From a virus (lineage: Duplodnaviria; Caudoviricetes), in IMG/VR virus record IMGVR_UViG_3300030117_002543, positions 1 through 57,228 of that record: a stretch of DNA of 57,228 bases; one strand, given 5' to 3'. The notes under the pieces were generated by a model, which was given only the letters and a program-made list of their open reading frames with translations, made no database searches and had not been told where the DNA came from. The position numbers and the translations under genes are program-made. Each line of letters opens with the position of its first letter. Position 1 is the stretch's first letter. Shown here piece by piece: positions 1 through 10,062 of this stretch.

Positions 1-2031
1 ATTCTCATTGCTTCTCTGATAGAACACCCTCTCATCATCTTGGACTTTGAGGTACTTGTTGTCTCTATCACCATAGTCAATCTTGTTGTCATGTCCATTG
101 AACGAACCACTGACCAGTCTTGCATTGTACAACTTGGTATGCTCTTTGTCAACAGTGGAGCCTGATATCTTCAACCTACTTTGGGTGTAGTCATACTCTG
201 TATCTGGTTCCAATGTCGTATTGATTACACCTGTGTATGGTGTTAGGAACAATTTCTTCGCACTGAAATTCTCTGCTACTGCACTACCTGTCCATGTGTT
301 TGCAGTCTTGAGTTTCTTGTCCTTTATTGTAAATGACTGCGTACCACTGGATTGTGCGTTGACGGTATTGACGACATACTGATATCCATCAATCTCAACT
401 ATGTCATTCGTTGATAGTATCGCTCTGAGTTCTGTTTCCTTCTTGATATCACTCAGTACAATGAGGGAGGTGTTGGATGAGTCCCTTGCTACTGTTCCAT
501 GGAACTCAATCAGATTCAGATTGTCGTTGTGTATGTTTCTCTGAATTACGAAATCCGCTTCTTCTTTTATCTTCAAGTGCTGTAGTCCACTGTTGTCCAT
601 TACCTTGAACTTGGCTAATTGGCTCATCTTATTGCGAGGATTATTAACTAAAGCATCAATTATGAGAGGAATCTTATTGTTCTTAAAATTCGCTAATTCA
701 AAGGTAACATACTTTCCGGGGCCAGTGAGATTGCCATCTAATGTAGTAGCAGTCGTTGTATCTGAGTTTGCTGTATGTCGATGCATCTTCGGGAATGCAT
801 TTTGCCATCTGTAGAAATCGTTTGAGGTTGAGTCGTCACTAGTCAGGTTCGCATCAACGAGAACGGCATCCAATCTCTCTTTGCCTAGACTTGGTATCGT
901 GTTGTCGAACTTGCCCTCTGTCCTGAATATCACATTCTGTATCGTCTTGCCCACTTTCACGTTGAAGTCAGATGTGGTTGCACTGACTGCTATTCTTGCA
1001 AAGTCTAGAAGTACATCATTGCTTGATATGCTCTCTATGTTTCCTAGATATACATCACTGGCATTGAACAGGGACATACCTACAGAGAGTTTGTTGGTGT
1101 CACTGCTACCACTAGTGATGAACTTAACAGTGTTAGAACCAACTGCAAACTGTGCATGTTCCTTTACCTCGGTGATGGATATATTCGTTGAGTATCCCCA
1201 CCATCGTAGATGAGTAGCATTGTACTTGGTCATGTAATCCAACTGGTCTTTCTCATCCAGTCGCTCATCATAGAAGTACCAAGTTGGCCTACTGCATACA
1301 TTGACTCTATCGTGCTTTGGAGTTGATGAAGATGTGTCTCCTCTTAGACCATAACTGACTGCTACGATATCAGTAGCGGTTTTTGCTGGTCCCTTGTATA
1401 TCTCAAACTTGGTGTTGATTGGAATCTCTGTGGGATATGCTGGTTTGAACTCAAGCCCATCGCCCATCTCGTCAAAGGCAATTATCTTGGTAACTTTAGC
1501 GAAGTGTGGTCTCACTGCATCTGCACCCATTTGAACAGTATCAGGATTCAACAGTATGAAGTAATCATAGTTCTCTATGTCCAATCCTATCTCCTCTGTT
1601 GCTGGGTAGTTGGATGTGGAGTAGACGAACTTCCTATTTGTCTCAGAGTTAGCGACTTGTGAATCAAACACCTTCACCTTGAACGAGTGTGTCTCATCAC
1701 GATTTGTAGCGAACGAGGTTAGCGTTGTGTTGCCGGGATAGAGCCTGTTGCCTATCTTGTCTGCTAAATCATTGCTGATTGACCCACCATGAGAAGTCTT
1801 TCTTATTTCTATGAAGTTCGCTGAGTTGACTAGACTGCTTCCTGCAACTGAGTTCTCGTATTGTAGATTGTTCTGTACGAATAATGGATTTACAGATGTG
1901 GATAGATATGCTTCCGTGGTCTTGCTTGCGTGGTCACCATAGTCGAACGATGTACTATCATCCGTGATGTCTGACTCCGTTTTACCAGCGTTCATCACGA
2001 ATACTGCTTTGCCCTTGTCTGTCGTACCCAT
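1..2031 (-). CDS. Large putative tail/baseplate structural protein, truncated by window edge
   Basis: ATG at 2031 (MGTTDKGKAVFVMNAG...) directly after the stop of 2032..5103, with a GGTGA RBS. The frame reads open at both ends checked and has no stop in the window, so it is absent from the ORF track. It lies in the tail module. Confidence 0.7.
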   Translation of the reverse strand, partial: MGTTDKGKAVFVMNAGKTESDITDDSTSFDYGDHASKTTEAYLSTSVNPLFVQNNLQYENSVAGSSLVNSANFIEIRKTSHGGSISNDLADKIGNRLYPGNTTLTSFATNRDETHSFKVKVFDSQVANSETNRKFVYSTSNYPATEEIGLDIENYDYFILLNPDTVQMGADAVRPHFAKVTKIIAFDEMGDGLEFKPAYPTEIPINTKFEIYKGPAKTATDIVAVSYGLRGDTSSSTPKHDRVNVCSRPTWYFYDERLDEKDQLDYMTKYNATHLRWWGYSTNISITEVKEHAQFAVGSNTVKFITSGSSDTNKLSVGMSLFNASDVYLGNIESISSNDVLLDFARIAVSATTSDFNVKVGKTIQNVIFRTEGKFDNTIPSLGKERLDAVLVDANLTSDDSTSNDFYRWQNAFPKMHRHTANSDTTTATTLDGNLTGPGKYVTFELANFKNNKIPLIIDALVNNPRNKMSQLAKFKVMDNSGLQHLKIKEEADFVIQRNIHNDNLNLIEFHGTVARDSSNTSLIVLSDIKKETELRAILSTNDIVEIDGYQYVVNTVNAQSSGTQSFTIKDKKLKTANTWTGSAVAENFSAKKLFLTPYTGVINTTLEPDTEYDYTQSRLKISGSTVDKEHTKLYNARLVSGSFNGHDNKIDYGDRDNKYLKVQDDERVFYQRSNEN

Positions 2032-5000
2032 TCAATCACCAAACGTATAGTAAAACAAGATGTCCGAGAATCCCGGAGTGAGTGTCTTTTGTGTGGAAGA
2101 CGGTCTCTTCCCTTTGTGCATCGCTATCTCAAACAGTTCACCAAAGAACTGCTCTGCATTATTCGCTCCCCTTCCTATCTTGCAATCACTGTGATGCAGA
2201 TGGAAAGGAGTGAGAGTATGACTGTCCTTCTTCACTAATTCATCATTCAAGTAAAGTTCTAGAGTGCTTTTGCTGTAGACCAAGGAGACCTTGTATACCT
2301 GTTCAAGATACAGTGCTTCTTTCAATTGGTCAGTGTATACTGTGCTAGTAATAGCAGTAGCAGGTGTGGCATCGAGTGTAATTGTATCTCCTGATACGCT
2401 TTGCACTGTTCCTATGAGAGTGGTCGATGAATCGTATATCTTGTTACCTGCGCTGATTCCTTCTGCCTCACCGCTTCCTACTTCAACAGTGTTAGCAGTA
2501 GTAGTGGAGAAACTACTCGTTGGATTTGTTTCTAATCCAGATGCATTCTCAGTCACAGTTGCACTTCCTACTGAGGCTTGATTCAACTTCACTGTAACTG
2601 CATTGTTTGCTCTAGTTGTGATGAGCGTACCGTTGTGTCCATTTGCCCCATCTATAGCAGTCTCTAGATTCGCGGCAGTTGTGTCGTTATTGCTTTCTGC
2701 CTTGTAGAATACATATGTCCCATCTGTGGTTCCAGTGGTTTCATGCTGTGAAGCCTTGTACTTCTTCAACGTACCAGCGGCATCTGTCAGACCAAGGAAG
2801 TTATCTGGTGTTCCACCACCACTGAAATTAGTCCTGCTAATGTTTGAAGGTAGATTGGTGAGTGTTATCGCAGTGGAGTTAGCACCTATCTTGTTCTGAG
2901 TCAGGTTGATTGTAGCACTACCTGCTGAATCTGTCAGTATGGTTCCGTTATGTCCGTTGCTATGTGCTATTGCTAGTCTGAGATTATCAGCAGTGGCGGA
3001 AGCACTACCTCCCTCTTGGAATGCTATGCCACCACTGACATCCCCAATGCTTCCTCCACCATTGTTTCCATTGCCTAGTGCATCACCATTCTTTACTGGG
3101 ACATACTTCTTCGTCGTTGGACTGGATTCGTTGTCTATTAGTTGTATGAAGGGAGTGCTAGACGCATTTGCTTCATTGACCCCTCCTGTGAAGTTAGCAC
3201 CGGAGATGGTTGCTACGCTGTTAGCAATGTTTGCCTTTGCTAAAGTCGCACCGTTACCAGCAGTTCCAACTACGTCGTGAGACAAACCAACGTTCCCTCC
3301 ACTATTCTTTTGTGCTGTTATTGTGCTTGGATGTCCAGATGACCCATTGATTGCTGATACTAATGCAGTAGCCGCTGTAGCATTGTCTGCATTACTTGCG
3401 AAATAAAAATAGACAACTGATTTGGTACTGCTGTCATCGAATGTTCTAGTACCTGTAGTTCCAGTGTTCTGATTTGTTGCATCATGTGATGGAAAGTAGT
3501 TCTTTGTATTACCAGCACTATCTGTGATTGTGAAGTAATTGATTGTATTGTCATTGGAACCAGTTGTCTCACCTAGAATCAACTCATTGACTCCGGCACT
3601 AAGTCCAGCACCAACCGCTCCAACGCTACTGAAATCATTAACTTTCAATTGCCCACTAGAGACCTGTGCGCCTGTGGTCAATGCGGCACTAGTGATGCCT
3701 ACTCTGTTTGGAGCAGAACCAGTAAATGCGGCAGTTAGTGTAACGCTCCGTGTGGGAGTTCCTGCGGTAGGGTCAGTTGTGCTTCTAGGGTCACTAGCAT
3801 TACCAGCGAAACCAACGTCATAAGCATTTACAGCACTTGCAAAATTAGATGCTGTTGTTTGTAAATCACCTATCAAATACGCTCTAGAACCACTAGGATA
3901 TGTAAAAGCACCATTGTTACCAGACAACGCATCGCCGTTGCTTACACTTCCTCCGGATGCTATGGCATACCATTTGGTGGTTGTTCCTCCCGCCTCATCC
4001 ACTAGTTGAATGAAGTTATTGACATTCCCTGCGGATACTGCGTCTGTTGGAACTGTCGGACCAAAGATGACTTCTCCCTGTTCCTGTACTGGAAACACAT
4101 CGGTATTCAACCCGTTTCTATTTACTATCTCAAGACTAGCCGTAGCGTTAACTGGACTGACATAGTTGGCTATATCACCTGATACTACAATCTGACCAGT
4201 TGCCTTGGTGTTCTTCTCAAGGTTACTAAACGCGCTGATGGTAACGACATTGCTGGGATTACTACCACTAGCAGATGCCGATATCCTACGATGTTTAGTA
4301 GTCAACCCGTTGTAGTATCCAGTCGGGTCATAATATCCCTGTAGCGAACTCTCAGCAGTGATGACAGTACCACTCTCTATTGTCTTCGTAGTGCCAGCCG
4401 CATTGCTCAACTCTGCCTTTATCTTGTACTCAGCAGGTTGATTGTACGAACTGCTCGTTGTATTCTGCAAGTAGAACTTGAGATACTGGTTGTGAAACAG
4501 CATCATCTTCTGAGTCAGATAAGCAGATGCACCGAGGTAGTCTATGCTCTCGTACACGGTTCTATCGGTTATCGCATCTGTTGGATATGGAGGCGTTCTT
4601 TGGGAGTCCAGCACCCCATGCCTACCCGAAGCCCTAGAACCCGCTCCATTTACATCGTACGGGGTAATTATGGCCTCTAACACGAAGCCGTTTGCTATGC
4701 CTATGTCAGCATTGTCAGACCAGATGCTTCTGTCTCGTAATGATGATGTCGGTGTTACGTTTTTCTTGAGGTTCTCGTTGTTGTTCAATTGAACCAAGTT
4801 GTTTGCCACCAGTGTTATCTGTGTGGCTGTAACCGCACTTACGACTCCAACTAAAGCATTAGCGTCATCGAACACATTGTCCTCGACTGAGAACTTGGTC
4901 GTGGCATCAACGGTATCAACTGCTATCGTTGTGGTTGAATCAGCACTTATCCCACTGCCGTTGTTGACGAGAACACCACTTGATTCAACAGCACCAGCCG

Positions 5001-5103
5001 CATGATTCACAGCCTTGTCATAATCAAGGTTGAGGTATCCGTTGCACATCAATGGAAAGACAAGTTTGTACGAGTCTTCGATATACGCATTTACCATGTT
5101 CAC
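2032..5103 (-). CDS. Tail fibre/adhesin-like protein with LamG (concanavalin A-like) termini and internal ~120-aa repeats
   Basis: G/T/S/N-rich. N-terminal 'FVLEAIITP' and C-terminal 'LELYLNDELV...IGRG...FFGELFEIAM' are LamG-like. Four repeats of [LI]xDxxGxxKxY...TAxNLxxAI...GH. Confidence 0.65.
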   Translation of the reverse strand: MNMVNAYIEDSYKLVFPLMCNGYLNLDYDKAVNHAAGAVESSGVLVNNGSGISADSTTTIAVDTVDATTKFSVEDNVFDDANALVGVVSAVTATQITLVANNLVQLNNNENLKKNVTPTSSLRDRSIWSDNADIGIANGFVLEAIITPYDVNGAGSRASGRHGVLDSQRTPPYPTDAITDRTVYESIDYLGASAYLTQKMMLFHNQYLKFYLQNTTSSSYNQPAEYKIKAELSNAAGTTKTIESGTVITAESSLQGYYDPTGYYNGLTTKHRRISASASGSNPSNVVTISAFSNLEKNTKATGQIVVSGDIANYVSPVNATASLEIVNRNGLNTDVFPVQEQGEVIFGPTVPTDAVSAGNVNNFIQLVDEAGGTTTKWYAIASGGSVSNGDALSGNNGAFTYPSGSRAYLIGDLQTTASNFASAVNAYDVGFAGNASDPRSTTDPTAGTPTRSVTLTAAFTGSAPNRVGITSAALTTGAQVSSGQLKVNDFSSVGAVGAGLSAGVNELILGETTGSNDNTINYFTITDSAGNTKNYFPSHDATNQNTGTTGTRTFDDSSTKSVVYFYFASNADNATAATALVSAINGSSGHPSTITAQKNSGGNVGLSHDVVGTAGNGATLAKANIANSVATISGANFTGGVNEANASSTPFIQLIDNESSPTTKKYVPVKNGDALGNGNNGGGSIGDVSGGIAFQEGGSASATADNLRLAIAHSNGHNGTILTDSAGSATINLTQNKIGANSTAITLTNLPSNISRTNFSGGGTPDNFLGLTDAAGTLKKYKASQHETTGTTDGTYVFYKAESNNDTTAANLETAIDGANGHNGTLITTRANNAVTVKLNQASVGSATVTENASGLETNPTSSFSTTTANTVEVGSGEAEGISAGNKIYDSSTTLIGTVQSVSGDTITLDATPATAITSTVYTDQLKEALYLEQVYKVSLVYSKSTLELYLNDELVKKDSHTLTPFHLHHSDCKIGRGANNAEQFFGELFEIAMHKGKRPSSTQKTLTPGFSDILFYYTFGD

Positions 5104-5795
5104 CCATCCAAGAAGTTCTCAGCGAGAACGAACGCCTCCTCAAAGTCGAGAGTAAATTGAACTGCTGGAAACTCTGCCCCTGTTATCGTGGTGTTGAAGG
5201 AACGGATGAAACCCATGAGTCCGATGGAATCCTCTTGCTCAACGAATGGAGCGAAGAACTCACTGTTGGAATCTTGTGAAGTGAATACATTGTCATAGCC
5301 TCGATTCTTGAATGTGAATGGTATCTTAGGTAGGTCAAGCAAATCAGCAGTCTCATCACCAGCAGAGCGGTAGGAGAAACTGTGGTCTACTCTACTTGGA
5401 ATCAGTATGATGAGTTTGTTCAGGCTTTGGTCGTCTTGGAATGTGCTTGAGTCCACATACGAGTGAATCAGTTGAGCCAGTTCAAACGATGTCATCTTGA
5501 TGTCCTTCGCGGCTTCACCATCTCTCTTCTTGACTATTCTCTGTCCTAGAAGAGTACCGCTGATATTCACAGTCTTCTGTGCCATGCCAGTGTCAAAGGC
5601 TAGATTCAACGACTCACCTGTTACGGCTCCTGAGAAGGGAACACCCATGTTCATCACCGTCTTTGATGTGTTTATCGTAATCGAATCGACCATTAGCGGT
5701 ATCCGATTCGCATGACCCGCTTGGTTCAATCCCTCATCGTTTCTTCTCTGTAGTTCCAAGAACACTTGGAAGTTAGCAAAGTTCTCACCTGACAT
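5100..5795 (-). CDS. Putative distal tail/hub protein
   Basis: Directly downstream of the tape measure gene; beta-rich ('ISGTL', 'FTLDFEEA'). Confidence 0.5.
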   Translation of the reverse strand: MSGENFANFQVFLELQRRNDEGLNQAGHANRIPLMVDSITINTSKTVMNMGVPFSGAVTGESLNLAFDTGMAQKTVNISGTLLGQRIVKKRDGEAAKDIKMTSFELAQLIHSYVDSSTFQDDQSLNKLIILIPSRVDHSFSYRSAGDETADLLDLPKIPFTFKNRGYDNVFTSQDSNSEFFAPFVEQEDSIGLMGFIRSFNTTITGAEFPAVQFTLDFEEAFVLAENFLDG

Positions 5796-7057
5796 CAGAA
5801 TCTACCTACCGCACTTGTCGTTCTGTTCATCTGTAGGTTGATTTCCCTTGCTACCTTCTGAGCGATATCTCGTATCTCTGCATCTGACGCACCAACCCTA
5901 CCATTTACATGAACGTTTATCGTGTTGCCCATACCTCTGCTTTGTGAGTTTGAGTGTACCGTTGCTCCACTTGGTAGGGAAACTAATTCTGGTCCGTTCT
6001 CACCGACGATAGCCATTCCGCCTCTGTTTATCGTACCGCCAGTAGACAAACCAAGGAACGACTTGACTCCTTTGACTGCACCTGTAACTCCCTTAACCAA
6101 AGGCGAGTTCATTAGCATATCTGCTAACATCAAAAATATTCGTACTGGGGCTGAATTCATAAAGGCTTTAGTTAACTGCTTCCATGTTTGTGTAGCGGCT
6201 TCTCTTATTATAGCAACCACATTTCCTATTTTTTCTCCTAACCATGAGATAAGCGGGCTGATTACCTTATCATAGACAAGTCCGAACAGTTCACCGTAGT
6301 TACCACTGAATGCGGCCTTTAGCACATCGAAGATGAACATGATAACCTTCTTCACGACACCTAGAACCTTCTTGATGTCCTCCATGGAAATGTGCTTGCT
6401 GATGAGTTTGAACACCTTAACTGCTAATGGAATAAGTAGAATGAAGCCTATCAACATCACAGATGCGCCAATTAAGAAACGTAGCATCATTTTGAAAACA
6501 TTCTTGATTAGTGAAGCAATCTTCAACATCTTCATTGCAAATTTTCCAACTGGACCCGCTTTGTCGTATCTTAGTTGCTCAACCATCTTCCCTTCTAATC
6601 CACCAATGAGTTCCCTGTTGGCATCCAATTGTTCTGTCAAAACACCAATTAATGCCTCATCTGCATCTTCACCGTATACCTTTTTATAAATTTCAATCTG
6701 GTCTTCGTACTCAGGCAATTTTCTCATCGCTTCTATATCGTATGTCTGACTCTCCTCGTCAAATTTAGGCAGGTTCTCTTGAGCCTCCTTAAGTTGCTTC
6801 ATTGTCTTAGCCGCTTTGCTTTGAGTCTCGATACTTTCCTTGATGTTCTTATTGTAGAGGGTGATTGACTCTGCTACTGCACGGAACTTGTTTTGTACCT
6901 TCCAGAAACCGCTACCGGATGTCATCCTACTGACGATGTTCCATGCCTTTGATTGCATGGCGGCTTCTGCTAACCCACCTGCTAGTTGGTCATAACTCTC
7001 GGTGAGTGCTTTGTTAGAGTCAGCCAACGAACGTATGACCTTCTCTTCTTCTGACAT
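5795..7057 (-). CDS. Tail tape measure protein (short, 420 aa)
   Basis: Helical with a hydrophobic middle; C-terminal 'GGMAIVGENGPELV' motif typical of tape measure proteins; follows the tail chaperone. Confidence 0.75.
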   Translation of the reverse strand: MSEEEKVIRSLADSNKALTESYDQLAGGLAEAAMQSKAWNIVSRMTSGSGFWKVQNKFRAVAESITLYNKNIKESIETQSKAAKTMKQLKEAQENLPKFDEESQTYDIEAMRKLPEYEDQIEIYKKVYGEDADEALIGVLTEQLDANRELIGGLEGKMVEQLRYDKAGPVGKFAMKMLKIASLIKNVFKMMLRFLIGASVMLIGFILLIPLAVKVFKLISKHISMEDIKKVLGVVKKVIMFIFDVLKAAFSGNYGELFGLVYDKVISPLISWLGEKIGNVVAIIREAATQTWKQLTKAFMNSAPVRIFLMLADMLMNSPLVKGVTGAVKGVKSFLGLSTGGTINRGGMAIVGENGPELVSLPSGATVHSNSQSRGMGNTINVHVNGRVGASDAEIRDIAQKVAREINLQMNRTTSAVGRF

Positions 7058-7061
7058 TTAA

Positions 7062-7280
7062 TCACCTCTTCTTTACTGCCTTCTCTATTTGCTCTGCCTT
7101 TAGACTCTCTATTTCCCCATGTATCTGTATCATTTCCGTCATTTGCTCTATCGGTGTGTGTTGTGCCTCCATTGGGTTTATCTTGAATATACTACAATAT
7201 GTGTAAAGCATCACCTTCATTGCTATGTCCGGTTCTACTTTTCCTCCTCTCAGTGCTTTCTTAATCAGTTTACTTTTCCC
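7062..7280 (-). CDS. Tail assembly chaperone frameshift extension (gpT-like)
   Basis: 73-codon -1 frame (SKLIKKALRGG...AVKKR*) entered at slippery G GGA AAA (7274-7280); lies between the chaperone and tape measure genes. Confidence 0.8.
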   Translation of the reverse strand, partial: GKSKLIKKALRGGKVEPDIAMKVMLYTYCSIFKINPMEAQHTPIEQMTEMIQIHGEIESLKAEQIEKAVKKR

Positions 7281-7624
7281 ATATCATCACCCACTTCTAG
7301 GAATGGGTTCGGGAGAACTTCCTTCAATTGTGCGCCGATATAGGGACTCAGCCTTAGCATGTCCAACGGCTCCAATGGAGGCTCTGTCTTCTCTACGAAC
7401 TCTGTAACCAGATACTTGTAGAGTTTGTTCATATCAATCTCCATCTCTTGGGTTCTGGAATTCAGGCTCATCAACTTGGACATCGCCTTCTCGACCTGAA
7501 GCCAAGTAGGTTCCTTCACCCACACTTTCATTATTTCATCTGAGTCAGGGCTGACCTTCAACTCATGGCATTCTGTTTCTGTTCTTGCGAACAGCATACT
7601 CTTATCATTTACTACATTTGTCAT
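7265..7624 (-). CDS. Tail assembly chaperone (gpG-like)
   Basis: 119 aa between tail tube and tape measure genes; ends just past a slippery heptamer. Confidence 0.75.
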   Translation of the reverse strand: MTNVVNDKSMLFARTETECHELKVSPDSDEIMKVWVKEPTWLQVEKAMSKLMSLNSRTQEMEIDMNKLYKYLVTEFVEKTEPPLEPLDMLRLSPYIGAQLKEVLPNPFLEVGDDMGKVN

Positions 7625-7631
7625 TTTTTTA

Positions 7632-7675
7632 TTCCACCTATTTCACGAACCAACAAACAAACAGTGTTGGTGGAA
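7632..7675 (-). terminator. Intergenic hairpin downstream of tail tube gene
   Basis: Minus-strand TTCCACC...GGTGGAA and CCAACA...TGTTGG inverted repeats in the 7625-7711 gap. Confidence 0.4.
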
Positions 7676-7711
7676 TGTTTTTGAGAGATATCGTTACTCC
7701 TGATATCCCTC

Positions 7712-9325
7712 CTAATCGTTATTCTGTATTACCCACTTACCCTTGTAGAACGTACCAGCAGGAGTTGTACCTGCTGTTCCCTCAACGAGGCTCCTAGCGG
7801 ATACAGTCATTGCATACTCGATTGGTCCCTTGTCTTCGGGGAAAGGTACATCTAATGATTGTACGATGTAATTGTCTAGTTGTATTTGTATCATATCGTC
7901 AGCAGACTTTTGGAACTTTAGGGTGAGTGTCTCATCTGTACCAGTTGAGTTGTGTTCTCCTTGAACTCTTAGGTTATCCCAAATGTCCGTATCCGTGACT
8001 AAGAGGTTCAACGACACCTCATAGGTTCTCTGACCCGGTATATGTGAAGATGTCACTTGTCTGCTATAGTTGCCTATGAATCTCTGAGGAGCGATGTTGT
8101 TGTTTACGGTGAATGAACCGCTCTTTACCCTAGCAACGGTTTGACCAAATACTTCTATCGTTCCACCTGAGAAGAGATAGGGTTGATTATCTGTATCTGT
8201 AGCACTAAAATTGAATAAATTACTGGCGGTTCTCTCGTTTCTCTTTGGTACATATGTTTCTGGTGAGTCAAAGGCTCTTCTGGATACCAAGTCTAAATTA
8301 GTCTTGACCTCTTGTCCCTCTTCAAAGTTCATTGTAAGAGTATTTACTTGGCAACCCGTAAAGACTCTTGAGTAGATATCTTTGAATGGTCTAGCAGTGG
8401 CTTCGTTAGAATCTCCCTCTGAACCAACATAATAGTCATCAGTGGCAAGGCCATCTTTCTCATACGTCACTTCTAAAGCAAAAGATGGAAGTGCATCACC
8501 ATCAGACTCTCCAAATCCATAGACAATCGGCCCAGTGCCTATGTTCTCCCAAGAGGAACCTGTTAGTATTGCTCTGCCAGTATTATCAAGTGCCGAAGAG
8601 GTTCTTACAGGTGGTTGTGTTTGTCCACCTATTGCCCTCAAGAACTTCCTGTTTGTAGTGTCAGCAGATGCATCAGCAATATTAGTGACTACTTCACTAC
8701 TACCGCTTAAATCAGTGCCAAGATGGTCATGTCTAACACTGTTTATTTTTCCAAGAGCGTAATAGAACCACGACCCATTGCTCAAGGACAAATCCAGAGA
8801 GCCACCACTCACCGTTTCGTTCTTCTTAAACTGATAACCGTAATTCCTACCAGCCAACGCAAGAGAGAGTTGTCCTAGTTCGACATCCACGCTTGGGGGG
8901 CTGACAGTATTAACCAGTCCTAACCAATTGTCTGCTAGTAGTGCGGGCTTTGCTCCTGTATTACCAGAGGTATCCTGTCTCATGGTTATAGCGGGTGCTG
9001 GAACGGGTGCGCCAAATGCTAGAATAGTGGCATGAATAACATCATCTTCTGCATCTCCAACTGCTCTATCTACTGTGATTGTCGTACCAGTATTAGCGGT
9101 AATCATAGCAGTTCCATTAAAAGAAGCACTGGTTGCGTTTTCTATCTCAATTAAACATCCAACATACAGCCCCTCAACTAGAGTTAAATCAAAATTGTCT
9201 ATGACTGTAAATGGAGTAGCCTGACAAGTTGCATCGAACAGATAAATATCCATCTCAGGAATCATTGTTGCCGATGCTCCTGCACCGACCCATACTTGTT
9301 GATTGAGTGTTGTACTTGTAACCAT
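7712..9325 (-). CDS. Major tail tube protein
   Basis: 'PSFALEV...VFTGCQVNTLTMNFEEG' tail-tube-like pattern; position upstream of chaperone and tape measure genes. Confidence 0.75.
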   Translation of the reverse strand: MVTSTTLNQQVWVGAGASATMIPEMDIYLFDATCQATPFTVIDNFDLTLVEGLYVGCLIEIENATSASFNGTAMITANTGTTITVDRAVGDAEDDVIHATILAFGAPVPAPAITMRQDTSGNTGAKPALLADNWLGLVNTVSPPSVDVELGQLSLALAGRNYGYQFKKNETVSGGSLDLSLSNGSWFYYALGKINSVRHDHLGTDLSGSSEVVTNIADASADTTNRKFLRAIGGQTQPPVRTSSALDNTGRAILTGSSWENIGTGPIVYGFGESDGDALPSFALEVTYEKDGLATDDYYVGSEGDSNEATARPFKDIYSRVFTGCQVNTLTMNFEEGQEVKTNLDLVSRRAFDSPETYVPKRNERTASNLFNFSATDTDNQPYLFSGGTIEVFGQTVARVKSGSFTVNNNIAPQRFIGNYSRQVTSSHIPGQRTYEVSLNLLVTDTDIWDNLRVQGEHNSTGTDETLTLKFQKSADDMIQIQLDNYIVQSLDVPFPEDKGPIEYAMTVSARSLVEGTAGTTPAGTFYKGKWVIQNND

Positions 9326-9337
9326 TTATCTCTCTCC

Positions 9338-9865
9338 CTATACGCTGATAGCCATCCTCTTCATCTCAACCGTTAACTTGTAGCCCAATAACCTTTTGCC
9401 CCTATCATTGGCTTCGCTTCGACTCTGTAGTTTGATGAGTTGTGCGCTATCTTCGACTGAATTACTACTGTTACCACTGACATACACCTTGGGTTGAAGA
9501 CTATTGTTCTCAAAGATGTATCTCGTTATTCTGTAAAGTGCTTGTAGCCTATCCCTTGAGAAGGTCAACTCTGAGAAGTCTCTCCTGTGTAGTGTTCTTA
9601 TGTGAACAGTGAAGCCAAACACTTCGTTTCTCACTGCATAGTCAATCGTTGGATACTCAGTAGCACCACTGTCCTCGTACACTATTATTGCAGACTTTGA
9701 ATCCATGTCAACCCTTCTTCCTTCGTTGGGAGCGATGGAACGAACATCGATGAAGTTCGGAGTTTCATTGTGATTGGATGTGATATCTCCACTTGAAATT
9801 AAAGCAGATGCGGCGGCTGACCAATTGTCACTCAACAGTCGTATAATGAAAGTAACCTCATCCAC
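9338..9865 (-). CDS. Putative tail terminator/completion protein
   Basis: 175 aa directly upstream of tail tube; positional inference. Confidence 0.5.
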   Translation of the reverse strand: MDEVTFIIRLLSDNWSAAASALISSGDITSNHNETPNFIDVRSIAPNEGRRVDMDSKSAIIVYEDSGATEYPTIDYAVRNEVFGFTVHIRTLHRRDFSELTFSRDRLQALYRITRYIFENNSLQPKVYVSGNSSNSVEDSAQLIKLQSRSEANDRGKRLLGYKLTVEMKRMAISV

Positions 9866-10058
9866 CCTTCAATACCTCCTTAGTCGCCTTCTGTATCTCT
9901 TTTAACATACGAGCGTGATATGCTTTCTGTGCCTCTTCAATCACTGACTCATCAGATAGGGCGAAAGCGGCATAGGCACTGTCTTTGAGCAATTCATTTC
10001 TTTGCTTTTCTCGGTCTAGTATCTCTTTTAGTATCCTAGTTGGGTTTCCCTCTAACAT
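9858..10058 (-). CDS. Small hypothetical protein
   Basis: ATG at 10058 after GGTGA RBS; tightly packed in operon. Confidence 0.6.
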   Translation of the reverse strand: MLEGNPTRILKEILDREKQRNELLKDSAYAAFALSDESVIEEAQKAYHARMLKEIQKATKEVLKGG

Positions 10059-10062
10059 GATA

